Assembly (NCBI GenBank): GCA_023213395.1
Contig: CM041465.1
Span: 131,447,741 to 131,511,740, forward strand
Direction of reading: 5' to 3'
DNA length: 64,000 nucleotides
Source of the DNA: Cycas panzhihuaensis
Lineage: Eukaryota > Plantae > Cycadophyta
This document shows, one piece after another, positions 38,090-51,900 of the stretch (positions are counted from its first letter, which is position 1; each line of letters opens with the position of its first letter). Made by a program: the position numbers and the translations under genes. Below the pieces are notes generated by a model. That model made no database searches. It saw nothing but the letters and a program-made list of their open reading frames with translations, and was not told where the DNA came from.

Positions 38090-41000
38090 CATAATATGTG
38101 GGAATGTTTTTCTCGACCTAAAAATGATATCCACAATGTATTCCTATAAAATACAGAGACATCACAAAGATAATATAAAAGAAAGATGAAGCCAATCCAT
38201 TATTTTTTATGCCAAAGATGGGTTCATTTTAGATCAGACTATCCATTAGAGAAAAAAGGTAGTAAATTCGTCTATGAAGAATACAGACCGATGGACCACG
38301 AGTGGATAGATTACCTAAAAAATAAATCACAAAATACTAATTTGGCCACAATCATTCTAGATAAGGAGGTTCCTCTCTAGTTATAAACATGAAGCAAAAA
38401 AGTAACTTCAATTCCTGTTCAAGACACATTTCCAAATCCAGTAGTAGAAAATTAAAGACTTCATGAAGTATCAATATTTTGCAAGATGCGATGAGTAAAG
38501 CTCAATAAGAAGATTCCCAATATGAAGGGTGATTTAAAGGATAGACATATAAGAGACAATTAACTTCCAAAAATTCCATCTAAAAGAAGGTATGAATCCA
38601 TGGCAAAGGGCTTTAAATGGATAAGGATTTATTAATTGAATTAGGAGTCTCAATCCCCATTGCTATTGTATTTAAATGGTGGGAGGCTAACTATTTTTAA
38701 TAATTTGTCTTAGACTAGATAGAAAAGCATGTGATGAGAGTCGTCAAAGAGAAAGGTATCAACTGAGGGCATCGATGGTTATTTTTGGGATGATGCTATG
38801 TAAAACAATTATGGATAGGAGATCATGAGTCAATATACTCTGTAAATCTTTTTGGATAGAATTAGGAAGGTTAGAAATGATTGCTTCAAATTATTCATTA
38901 AGATTAGCGAACTAATTACAAGTTGGATCAATGGGAATGTTGATGAATGTACCAACCACAGTTGTAGGAATTGTTATCTTGTTAGATTTTGTAGTGGTAT
39001 AGATGTAGAATGAAAAGAGAACTTATCCAATGTTGTTGAGTAGACCATGGCTATTAGCTATAAAGGCTATCCAAGTTAGGGAGAATTCACATTTACATTA
39101 AAGGTAAAAAATAAAGTTGTGACCCTACCATTATGCTCAGATGGTCTTCATATTAAGAAGTTAGCAGATGAGGAATGTGCATCATCCACAAATGTGGGAT
39201 TAGAACCCACTGTAAGCCCATGTTCAAAAATTGTATATCAACTACAATTGACCATACTAAGTAGTGTATCATTAGTATATATACTAAGTTAGTTGTAAAA
39301 TACCTGGGGTGAAACAAAATCCACTCCATGCTACAAACTAGATATATGGACCCTCCGAAATAAAAAATTAAGTAATTTCAAATGATAAAGTAATAAATCT
39401 TCAAATAAAAGGAATTATAATAAACTTAAAAGAAAGTTTTATGAAGGAAAATAAATTCTAGAGCCAAGAAAATTAGGCAAATAATCATATAGAATATTAT
39501 ACTTAATTATTAATTAATAATAATTAGCATGAAGATTTTTATTACTTGTTGTTTCCATTGTCTCTTGAAGGCCAAGATACCATATGGCTTTTTGTTTATG
39601 GTAGCAATTTCAAGTTATGGAATGAATTGTGTAAAATTTTTTTATTAAGGTTTCAAAAGCAAGATAATGAATTATCAATGTTTCGGCATAATGATGATCC
39701 CACGGCTTATATAAAGAATTGTGAATAAATTTGGAAAAGAAAGCAAGTTCCAAAAGGTAAATGAGTGAAAAGATGGGCTCAAACTCTTAAAGGAATCTCA
39801 GGTTTATGGTATAGTCAATGTAAAAAACTAGTGAATATTCTATCATGGAATATGGAAGTTAAGTAGTCAACCAAACACCAATATATAAATTGAAAGAAGA
39901 TAGTAGAACGATGTGAAATGAAGAATTAAAAATATAATAGATAAACTTAGGCATGGAAGAACACCCCCAAATAATCTTAATAGGAGATTATTGGGACAAG
40001 GAGACTGTTCAACAAGCTATAATTCTATTTTCAGAATATAGAGATGTTTTTGCTTAGTTTTATTAGGATTTAAAAGGGATACCACTAGAATTAGAAGAAC
40101 ATCAGATTGAATTGTTAGAAGGAGTAAAACTCGTACGACAATGCCCCTATCGAATGAATCTAAAATATAACGAAAAAGTAAAAGTTAAATTGGATAAACT
40201 ATTGGAAGTGGGCTATATCTTTGAAGTCAAAACTAATGAATGGATGAGTCTAGTAGTGGTGGTACCCAAAAAGAATGGAAAAATTTGTGTCTATATAGAT
40301 TATAGAGCCTTCAATAAAGCAATGAAAAAAGATCAATTTCTAATACCATTTATAGAAGATATTCTTGAAAAGATAATATGACATGAAGTATATTCATTCA
40401 GAAATGGTTTCACCAGATATAATCAAGTGAGAATTATAGTACAAGACTAGTTGAAGATGACATTTGTTATAGAGTGGGGGACTTATGTGTATAAAGTTAT
40501 GCCCTTTAGATTGATGAATATACAGGTTATTTTTCAAAGGATAATTCTAAATATTTTTTGGTAGGCGATCAGTAAGTCAATTAAATTATTTTTAGATGAT
40601 TAGATACTTTATTCATTATTGAAGGAGCACTTGGAAAACCTATAATTGATGTTGGAAATGTGTTGAAAGAGTAAACTCTGCTTGAAATTGGCAAAATGTA
40701 TACTTTTTATTCCCTTTGGATCTCTTTTGGGGTACATTGTGAGCAAGGATGAACTATGAATAGATCTAGGTAAAGTAACAATTTCCTCGTACCAAAGATA
40801 ACAAAGCAAGTAAAAGCTTTTCTCACTATGACAAGTTATTCTTAAAAATTCATTAAGGGATATATACAGATTGTAAACCCTTTGGAGAACTTGCTAAAGA
40901 AGAAAACTGCTTGACAATGGGAATTGCGACAATAATTAGAATTTGATTTATTAAAAGAAGAAATCACATAAGCTCCCATTTTGAGATTTTCGGATTGGGA

Positions 41001-42740
41001 CCGACCATTTTATGTCTATATTGATGCTTCATTGATTGTAATTAGATGTGTCTTAACTTAACCAAGTGACAGTAATATGGATTTTCTTATTCATTTGCTA
41101 GTAGGAAATTAACGCATATCGAGGGGAATTATTCATTTACAGAGCAGGAAGGCTTAGGCATGGTTTATGTATTATAAGAATTCAAACATTATTTAGAAGG
41201 CTTAGGCATGGTTTATGCCTTACAAAAGTTTAGGTATTATTTATTAGCCAACCCATTTATCTTCTATGTATATCACCAAGCCTTGAAATATTTGATAAAC
41301 AAACCTATTCTACAGGGTAAGATCAGTAGATGGCTAATGCTATTTCAGGAATATAATTTTAAAATTATGGTGAATAAAGGAGAAAAACATACGGTACCTA
41401 ATCTATTATTAAGAGAAGTGGATGGAAAACTAACTACAAGAGTTTTAGATGGCTTCCCAGATTCTCAATTATTTTCCATGGAGGCTATACCAAAATGGTA
41501 CAAAGGGATCATAGAGTACTTGGCTACTAGACAAATGCATAAAGGATTAGAATGAGTGGAATGATAAAGTTTTATTTGTAAAACTTTTCTCTTCTAATTG
41601 ATATGAGGAATATTATACAAGTTAGGTCTAGATGGTATGCTGACACACTGCATACTGGAACATGAAGCATAAGGCATTCTATGAGAAGTTCATAAAGAAG
41701 TCATAGCCAAGCATCAAGGTGTGGAACCCATAGTCCAAAAATTTTTATTAGCAAGTTTTTGGTGGCTGTCAATATTTGAAGATACTATGAAATGGATAAA
41801 AAATTATAATATTTGCCAGTGAGTGGGTAAACCTAGAATATGGCATTTAATGTCCTTACATCTAATTATAGCACAAGCACCCTTTGAGAAATAGGGCTTG
41901 GATTTCATTGGACTAATAAGCCCTCCAACAAAGCAAATGATTTCTAGATACATACTAGTGGTTATCGATTTCTTCACAAAATGGATAGAACCCTAACCTC
42001 TTAGGCATTGTGATGCTATGAGTACTACAAAATTTTTATATGAAAATATCTGTCCATTATGGTTTCCCATTAGAATTAGTATCAGATTAGGGTAGTAGTT
42101 ATTTAAATAGTACCATAAATAATTTAACTAAAGAATTCATGATTCAATATTATCGATCTTCTTCCTACTACCCTAGAGCTAATGGTTAGGTAGTGAGTAC
42201 CAATAAAATTTTAAATATAGATCTATCTAAGATCTACAGTGAAGTTAGAATAGATTGGGCAGAATGACTGTATTTTGTCGTTTGGGCAAATCATACAATG
42301 ATTAAACTACCACATAAGCAAATACCTTTTAAATTAGTTTATGGTTTAAAAGTGATGCTTCTATTAGAATTTTAATTAGAAAGTTTGGGTAGTTATCTAG
42401 TTATAAATAAATAAATGAGATTTATGGAATAAGAGGATCATGGAGCTATTGAAACTAGATGAAAGAAGAGCACATGCACCATGGGAATTGAAAACCAAGA
42501 AACAATAATGAAAGGATTAGCATGATCAAACCTACAAGTACCAAAATTTTATGAAGATGATTTGGTGTTGATATATGATAGTAAATTTTGGGCAAAACTA
42601 GGTAAGTTAAAATTATGCTAGTTAAGGCCATAGAAGGTAATTCACATTAATAAGAATAGGGCAGTCCAACTCAGACAGCTTGATGGCAAAATTCTTTTGA
42701 ACGTGGTAAATAGTAGCAGGTTGAATCCATACATAGTGAA
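38090..42740 (+). pseudogene. Rest of gag and pol (PR-RT-RH-INT) of element A, heavily degenerate
   Basis: Zinc knuckles. PR IMDRRS*VNIL and YPMLLSRPWL. RT RQCPYRMN, VVVPKKNGKICVYIDYR, FLDD. RH YIDAS, EGLGMVYALQKFRYYLL. INT GLDFIG and SPYYP.ANG. Confidence 0.9.
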
Positions 42741-44997
42741 GAAAAAAAAGAAAATTGATGGAAAATAAAGGGTGGTAGTGGTTGCCATCATCAAAAGGTG
42801 AACCCATAAAGAGTTAATGAAAGGTGAAATCGATGGATTTTAATTGATGATTAAGGAATAATTACCTCCTTATTGAAAGACAAACTTGCAATAGAGTAAT
42901 TAAGGTAGCACATGGCACCGATTTAAAAAAGGATATGAAGGTGATAATTACTAAGGATAAATCAATCGCAATCCAAAAGGATTACCTTTTTATGATAATG
43001 ATAAGACAGAAAGGAGGTGTATTAACTTAATAGTTACGAACCAATTCTTTTTTAGGATTGATGTTAATCAAAGTGTACAAAGCAACAAATTGCTTGAACA
43101 TTCATGAATAAGCAAGGCAAAAGGAAGAAGTGTAGAAAAGATAATAATGAAGTGGCAAAAAATGATAGTCACATTTCAAGAATCAGAGGATGATTAGATA
43201 AGGAAGCAATGGCAAGAAATGAGGTTAGAGGAGGAATGTAAAAAGAGGATGACAACCGTTGGATTGAACCAATATATATGGGTTGGTGTTCTTCTAAACA
43301 TATATAGTTTCCTTTTAACTATAATTATAATGTTAACATGATGACTGTCCCTATTAGATTTTTAGTAGAAGTAATTACAAGGGCAATATGATTACCCTAT
43401 GAAGGACTAGACATTCCCAAGGATAAGCAAATATCTAGGGAATAAGTAAGATAGGAAATTGGGGCAAAGGAATTTGATGTTTCAATTTGAAAATTTAAAT
43501 TTTGGGGATTTCATGTAAGGAAATACAGTGGATAGCTCATTTCCTATTCACAAGAGTAATCTTATAAAAAAGGAATTCACTTATGCCTACTCACTTATGC
43601 ATTATATTAATTAAGGTTACATAATGACAAAAGTTCAATTGGGCAAAGTTTGTCTCTATTAAATTCTTAAAAAATTTAGAAGCTGTAAAAGGTGCTACCT
43701 AATCTATCTTATTTTTTTATCCTACTCTATTTTAAGATTTATTGTTCTCATAGTACCAAGGAATTCAACTTCCAGAAGTTGAGGAAGGGCAACCTTTATT
43801 AACAAAATAGATAGAGATGTGTTCAAGAGAGCATGGATGAGGTTCTTTGCTATTAACCAAATTACATGAACACATTAGCAACTGGCTCTAGCTATAATGG
43901 CAGGCGAGCACTTCCAATCGTGCCTAGTAAATAAGGAAGAGTTAGAGGAGAAACCATGAGTAGAGATGACCTCACAAACTTGACCAAGGACACAAAATTA
44001 GATGAGAAAAGAAGAAGAGAACAAGACAACATAAATAAAAGAAGGGAAATAATAGATGGAGGGGGAACCTACCATAGGTCAAGAGGGAGTAGAATAATTA
44101 GGGAAAAAGGCAAGAATAGTTAAGCCACTAAAACATGAAGAAGAGGAGAAATAAAGGAGGAGAAAATTAGCAGCAAAGAAAAAACAATAGGATATTTTAG
44201 AAATGTTAAATAATCAGGCACTAGAGGTAGAATTTAATCAGTCAAAGGACTATTTGGAAGAAGGCCTAGAGCCAATGAGCTATGACCCACAAGATGTATT
44301 ATAGTGGAAGACTTCCTTTCTAGTTAGAGTAATAAGGCATCTCATGATGGAGATGGAATAGAGGACTAAAAGGCCTCTACCATACATGTAAAGGATTCAG
44401 AAACTTGAAAAAAAGTTAGTAGCAACAATAGCCCTCTTTGAGTTTTTGAAGATTTTTTTTTTGACTTAGGTACAAAATATCGATGAGATTACTTCCAAAG
44501 TTCAAGCTTTTAAGGGCCACTTTGACCAAGAAATTTCCCTAGGATTACATGAAGTAATCTACAAGTTGGGTGTATAAATATTGGAGATAGAGGAAGATGC
44601 AAAACATGTAACCAAATTTTGGATGAAGATATGCCACTTGTGCTAGGAATTATCAAGGATGGAACAAATGCACAATAAGGTGGTAGAAGAAATTCAAAAG
44701 TTGTATAGGGGAGAAAAACCAATAATGACATAATTAAATGCATTAAGAGACCTTATAATTCTTATGGATCATTGCTGGCTGTAGGGTGTTTGAATTCCAC
44801 CAACTATTTTAAGTTGAATATATATTATATTTGGCAAGCAATGAATAAATTATGCAAGGAATTGAATGACATTTGAATCGATGTTATTTTTTTTTTAAGG
44901 GGGGGGTGGTATAAAGAAATAGTTGAAGAAAAATAATTTTTTTTTTCTCTTTTTTAACCAAGTGAGGGTACTTGTTAGTTTTATGATATGGGAGGTA

Positions 44998-46047
44998 TGT
45001 GTCAATAAAACTACACACACAATTTTAGAAAATAATTCAAAAACTTTGTAAGTCTGCAAATGGATGAAGTTAGGTTACGAGTAGATTATAGTCAAGCTAT
45101 AAGTAGATTATAGTCAGGGGAAGCAACTACGAGCATATAATAATTAGATTACGATTATGAATAGATTACGACTCAATTAATGAGTATGCTTAGATCATAG
45201 TCAGGGTTATGATTGTGACCTAATTGTAGTTGATTGTAAGTAGATCATAGCCTAAGTCATAAGTATGAGCTAATTGTCATTTGGGTTGTGATTGCAAGCT
45301 AATCATAGTTTGGATCATGGTTACGAGTTGATCACAGTTTGGGTCATGATTGCGAGATGATCATGGTTTTAAATTGATCACAATCTAGGTCTTGATTGTG
45401 AGCTGATTATGGTTTAGATCTTAGTTAGGATCTAATTCTGGTTTGGATTATGGTTGTGAGCTAATCATAGTTCAGGTCTTGATTGTGAGCTAATCATGGT
45501 TTAGGTCATGGTTACAAGTAAATCATGGTTTGAGTTATGGTTACAAGCAGATCATAGTTAGGGCTATAAGTATAAGCTAATCGTAGTTGGGGTTGTAAGT
45601 ACGAGTTAATTGTAATCAGGATTATAAGTTGATCACAACCTGAATATAATCATGAGTAGATCATAATTAAAGACTACAATCCAAGAGTAATCTAGATGTA
45701 TTTTTAAACATTGATTGATATAATGAGCCAACCATTGTTAGTTATTTTTGATTATAACTAAGGATGGTTAAAACCATTGAAATGTTATAAATAAATAAGG
45801 ATGGGACAATATGTCTATGTATATAGGATGGGAAGGATTTGAACATCATTTTGTTAAAGTCTTATTGTTGTGAACCTGATTAGCTAGTTAGCTTCCTATG
45901 TGCCGTAAGGTCTGTGTGTGGTTGTAAGAGGACCAAATATTGTTCCCTATCTTAATGCTATTATATTTTGCATCATAATAGGTGTTCCTTATGGTTGCCT
46001 TATTTGTTTGGTGAATGAATTATACATGAATAGGTGCATGACACATA
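44998..46047 (+). repeat. 3' LTR of element A with the 29-bp array (~45070-45680)
   Basis: Follows the purine tract GGGAGGTA and is followed by TSD GAAAC. Confidence 0.9.
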
Positions 46048-48999
46048 GAAACATGCTAATAATTCAATAGTGTGACTAGTCATTATGAAGTTAGGAACCT
46101 CATTTTTTAATAAAGTTATATAGGATAGAAGTGAAAAATGCAGTCTTTATTTTTAAATCTAGAAACTCTTATTCTATGCAAACTAATTAAATTTCTCTCT
46201 CATATAGGGCATGCACTATTTTAATTTATTTAGTTAATTAAAAAGTGTAGCATTTTTTTGAAAGGTTATCCCATTTTTCTACTAGTTAATAATTTTGTTG
46301 ATAAACAAATGTATCAAACCATATATGAAGAGATAGTTAATTGAAATTTATTTTTAAGGTTAGGGGTTTAATTCATGGGATTGAGAAGTGATGTTATATG
46401 TGAAATTAAGTACCCATAAAAGATTGGTATTAGCTTCAAGTGAGAATCCTAGTTATAAGTGGATCTTTCAAAGATTTAAACTTTCAAACATAGGGACAAA
46501 GGACCTTATGAGATTTTTCAAGGTCATCATTCATTGGAGAAGGTAAAACTTTGAAAAATGTTTACATTTAAAATAAATAAGCAAATGATATAAATCTCTT
46601 AGTTCAAATTTTATATGATGGAATACTTATAGATACCATTTTACCAAGTTGTGAGTATTAGAGATCACCCACAAAGAAAGTTATAATTCTATGAGTAGAA
46701 ATAAGCTAGACATTCCTTCTAGGCCTAAAATTTTAATTTATAGGTCTTCATGTAAGTTTCCTAGTCATTTGACAATTCTTTTAGCCATTATGGATAAAGT
46801 TAGGGCTATGCAATTGTAGTTTATAATTCATATGCTTCATGAGAAGGCTATGTAGGTAATTTATGATGTATGACTTAAGTAAGGGTGGGGGGTAGGGGCA
46901 ATGGGGGGAAATGAAACATAAGATTATATTTATTTTGCATATGGGCATTAAAAGAAATAGCCTAGAACTCATGTAACTACAATGGGCTAACTCAAGTGTG
47001 TGTCATGTTAGTTAGTAAGTCATGGGTCTTGCTGAGAAACTCATGGGTATAAGTTTTTATACCAAGAGTCTACATAATTATAAATACTTTTGTTAGAAAG
47101 AAACATGTTAGTTTGAAGTGTACGAAAACTAAATTTAAGGCTCATGGTTTGTGATAAACTAAACAAGTCTAGGTTTTAAAAACTCTTTTATGTAGCTATT
47201 TAGATATCATGAAAGTGGCAAAAAATAACAAGTCATAAGAAGTCAATCTTAGGGTGGTGAAATTAGTTGACTTGGAAGGTTATTTTCACTTCCAAAAGTT
47301 AAGGAAAAATAATTATACCTATAGAGATTTATTTAGGACTTAATCATGTGGATGATAAACACTAAGTTCTTAATTGAATAGATAATTATCTACAAGAAAA
47401 AGGTGCTTAAGTGTGTAAATGTCAAGTGAATAGTTTCATGTATTTACCTTTGAATTGCTTGATAAGTAAACCAACATCATAGGATCTTGAGTAGCACAAG
47501 TAGATGATTGAGTGGAGAAGGAAGAAATTTTAATAGACTTAGATAAGCTCTTATAAACAATAGTTTTTCTCCATTATGTTCATCTTTTGCATAGTAACTA
47601 CTCTAATTCGTTATACATAAGCTTTAAGTTGAGAGGTTATAGAAAATATTTTGAGTCTAATTATATGTATATGAAACAAAATATATATATCAAAAGTTTG
47701 TTCAAATGGTATTATATATTATGATATGCATAATTTATAATTTTATATCAAAACGTGTTTTTAAATTCCATAGTGTGAATTTTAATATTTTATCTATTAC
47801 AAAACTTGTAATAAATGATGCAATCCCAAAATTATATGTCATGTTACATATTTCTAGTGAGAATTAATTGAATTATAAACTTTCTACTTTTAGTGAGTCT
47901 TTAAAAGATTTTACATTCTTAGAATTCTACTTATTCAAATTTTAGAGATCACTATAAAGAATACATGTATTGAAATTACCCTAAATTATTCTTATTGGAA
48001 ATATATTTGGATATATTTTCAAATTTAAGAGATTTTACTCAATTTGATGAATTACAGAAGAAACTATATTAAGTTTGGTGAGAAAGATCATTTCTATCTT
48101 AAATTTTTTACTATCTTCTATGCTTTATTTTAAATATATCTGGTTGAGGAGAATATAGAAAATTCACTGGTATATGATCCACAAAGAAAATATGATAATG
48201 AATTAATAAAGTTATTAAGGAAAAATAAGAGAGTTCACTATTTTTTTTAACTCTCTTATATCAAACATTTGAAGGAATATGTGGACTATATGAAGGGGAT
48301 ACTTTTAAAAATTTCATGAACATGCCATGACTGTAGAATACTTTGGGTAACAAGTAAATTTTAAAAATTATTTGTAATATATAAAGTAATATTTCCTCTT
48401 TAAATTTGTGAGTATCTTTGTAGAAGGAATCTTTGTGAATGCTCTCCTTTTTACCATAAATGGTGTAGCAATAGGCACATGCATAATGTCATCACAAGAT
48501 CACATAGACAAGAAATTACAGGCAACAAATGACATTGCACACATACACCAGATTGATAGGTGGAAAACCCCTTCTAGGGAAGGAAAACCACCTCCTAAAG
48601 TTGTATTTTTATTAAGAATAGTGATAAACAAGATACCATCTACTGAAACCACCTAACCACCAAACTAGCCTTGGAAAAGGCTTTTAGACAACCCTCCTAG
48701 ATTTTTGGAACCACCTCCTTGAATCTAGGAGAAGAATTAATATGAATAAAGGTTTGTTGAAATGCAGTTGCGTATTTCAACCACCTTCCACATAAGATTA
48801 AAATAAACTCTAAAGTTAAACATAAGAATGACTTAAATACTAATTTAAATATGTGACATAAATAAGAACTTAAAAAGAACATACGAGTGACATTACAAAA
48901 AGTTACATTAATATTCCTAACATCCCCTTTTAATGTTAACTTTTATGCTAGACAAAAAGAAGATCTTTATCACGATGATCCCCCTTTGATGGAAACTTT

Positions 49000-51900
49000 T
49001 TTTATCTACAACAGATCTCAGAGATTTAGAAACTTTACTTTAGTTAAAGACTTTGTAAGTATGTCAGCAATCTGTAGATCTATTGGACAATAAGACAAGG
49101 AAACAAGATTATCGGTAACAAGATTATGAATAAAATGCTAATATAATTCTATATGTTTAGTCCTAGAATGTGAATCTGGATTTGTAGCAGTAGCAATTAC
49201 ACCTTAATTATTAAATTTAAGTTCAATGGAAGAGTTTAGAGATAGACCAATTTCATTTAGTAGAGATTTGAGCTAAAGTACTTTTTTACTAGCTTCAACA
49301 AGTGCATGATACTCAACTTTAATCGTTGATAAAGCTAGTGCCTATATTTTCTTACTATATTAAGTAATATATGAGGAGTCTGTAAAAAATACATAACCTG
49401 ATATAGATTTTCGATCATTTATATCACTTACCTAATTTGAATCAGTATATCCAGTTAAAGTTAGAGGTTGATTACAAAAATTATAAGTTAAACCATAAAA
49501 AATAGTATGCTTTAAATATTGTAAGATATATTTAGTAGCTTTCCAATGAGATTTATGTGGCTATTGCATATAACATGAACATAAAGTGATAGCATAGGAA
49601 ATCTTAGGGCAGGTATGAGTTAAATAAATAAGACTACCAATTAGTTATTTATATAATATTAGATCACATAAAGATGATGAACAATCAGTAGATAGTTTGA
49701 CTCTTGATTATAATAGATTAGATACGGGTTTAGCATTTTCCATATTAAACCGTTGAATTAAGTCTAAGATATATTTAGGTTGTGATATTATGATTCTTGA
49801 GTCATATTGATGGATTTGTAATCTAAGAAAATAATGTAGGAGACCTAAATCAATCATTTTAAATTTATTCATTAAAGTAGATTTTAAATGATGAATGTTA
49901 TTAGTTGATGATCCAGTAATGATGATGTCATCAACATAAAGGATTAGAATAGTAATATTTTCATTTTCGCATTTGAAATAAAGATTTGGATCACTAATAC
50001 ATCTAGTGTATCTAATGTGAATTAAATAATTATCTACTTTAGTATACCAAGCTCGAGGAGCTTGTTTTAAACCATAAATGGATTTCTTTAGCTTACAAAC
50101 TAAATTAGGATTTTCAATAAAACCAGGTGGCCAAGATATGTAGATCTCCTCTTTAAGATCACTATTTAAAAAAGCACTCTTGACATCCATTTGATGAATT
50201 TCCTAACTAAACTTGGCTACTAGAGCAATAATTATTTTAATTATGTTCATCTTTGCAATAGGGGAAAATGTTTCATTATAATCTATGTCATCAATTTACA
50301 AAAATCCTTTTGCAACTAGGCGAGCTTTATATTTTTTAACTACGTCTATTGAGTTGTATTTTGTTCTATAGACCCATTTACAGTTAACTACGTTTTTCCC
50401 AAGTGGGAGAGGAACGAGATCCCAGGTTAAATTTTTAATTAAAGCATCAAATTTAATTTGCATAGCGTCCTACTAGACATGATTGCTGCTAGCTTGTTTA
50501 AATGTTTTGGGATCATTATTGTCCATTATTTTTACCATTAAGGCAAAGTTAGCATGTAATTTTTAGGCACATGTTTATCTAGTATATGTAGGATTACCTA
50601 CATCAGATCCAGCATCAGCAAGTATTTTTGTTGTTCAAACAAGTTACTTGTTAGTAACTATTTATGAAGGTACATGTTGATTTGTAAAACTAGTTTGAGA
50701 GGAGGAATCCATTTCATTAGATTCAGATAAAGTCCAATTTTAGACTTGAGTTGATAAGAAGTCTATAACTTTTAGATCAACTTATTTATTATAGGGGTCA
50801 ACTGAATAACTGTTGGTTAATAAATTTTCAACAGGAATTTCTACATAAGTAGATATTGAAGAAGATCCTTCTTCATCAAATATTACATCATACAAAATTA
50901 AAATTTGATGCTTGGGTGGATCTACGAGCCTATAAGCTTTACTTTCTTCGCTATATCCAACAAAGATGTATTTCTGACTCTTAGGATCTAATTTTTAATA
51001 TATTTTTTTAGGGATGTATCCCCACACAATACTTTCAAAGATCCATAAATGATTGACTGAAGGTTTTCTACTAGACTATTTTTGTTCTAGAGTAACGTTG
51101 TGTAGACTTTTGCTAGGTAAATGATTTAATAAATAGTTAGAGTAGTTAATTGCTTCTGCCCATAATTTTAGGTCTAGATTCTTTGCATGTAACATGCAAT
51201 GAGTCATCTCAACAAGAGCACGATTTTTACATTTAACAACACCGTTTTGTTGAGGAGTGTATGCAACAAAATGCTAGAATTGAATTTTGTGTATTTTATA
51301 GAAAGAAGTGAATTTGCCACTTAAATACTCCTTTGTATTATCAGATCGAAAAATTTTAATTTTTGAATTTGATTGGTTTTCAACTAGCATTTTGTATTCA
51401 ACGAAAATGTCAAACACTTGACTATGTGTTTTAAGCATGTAAACCCAACATTTTCTTGAAAAATCATCAATAAATATAACAAAATAATGAGAGCTAGAGT
51501 ATGATGTTACATGAAAAGGTTTACATATGCCAGAGTGGACATGTTGAAGTGGAATAGTTGCTCTAAATTATGTTTTATGTGGGAATGGGTCCATGTGTTG
51601 CTTATCTGTCACACAAGCTTTACAAACACCATAAATAGTGTTTAAGGGTGGAAGACCATGAACCATTTCATGCTTTTTTAGATATTACAATTTGCCATAA
51701 CTTGTATGGCTAAATCATGCATGCCAAAGTTTACTGGCTGAGTTAGATTTGGCAATAAAGGCACTAAAAGGTTTTGTTTTGTTATTTTATAGACTTGTTA
51801 AACTATAGAGACCTGTACTATGATTAACAGATCCTGAGATAATACGTCTAAATTTGTTTAACAGCTCCTTAATGATAAATTTATTTTTCTAGAATTTGAT

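Larger units (their letters stand above)
13758..46047 (+). mobile_element. Ty3/gypsy LTR retrotransposon A (non-chromovirus), old, interrupted by element B
   Basis: LTRs 13758-14784 and 44998-46047 (TGTGT...ACACA/ACATA). TSD GAAAC at 13753-13757 and 46048-46052. PBS and purine tract present. Domain order gag-PR-RT-RH-INT. Confidence 0.92.

Noticed and set aside
46053-48463. hAT transposase traces (*WNTYRYHFTKL, LNYSYWK) and CATGGG motifs
   Set aside because: They are too degenerate to define boundaries or identity.
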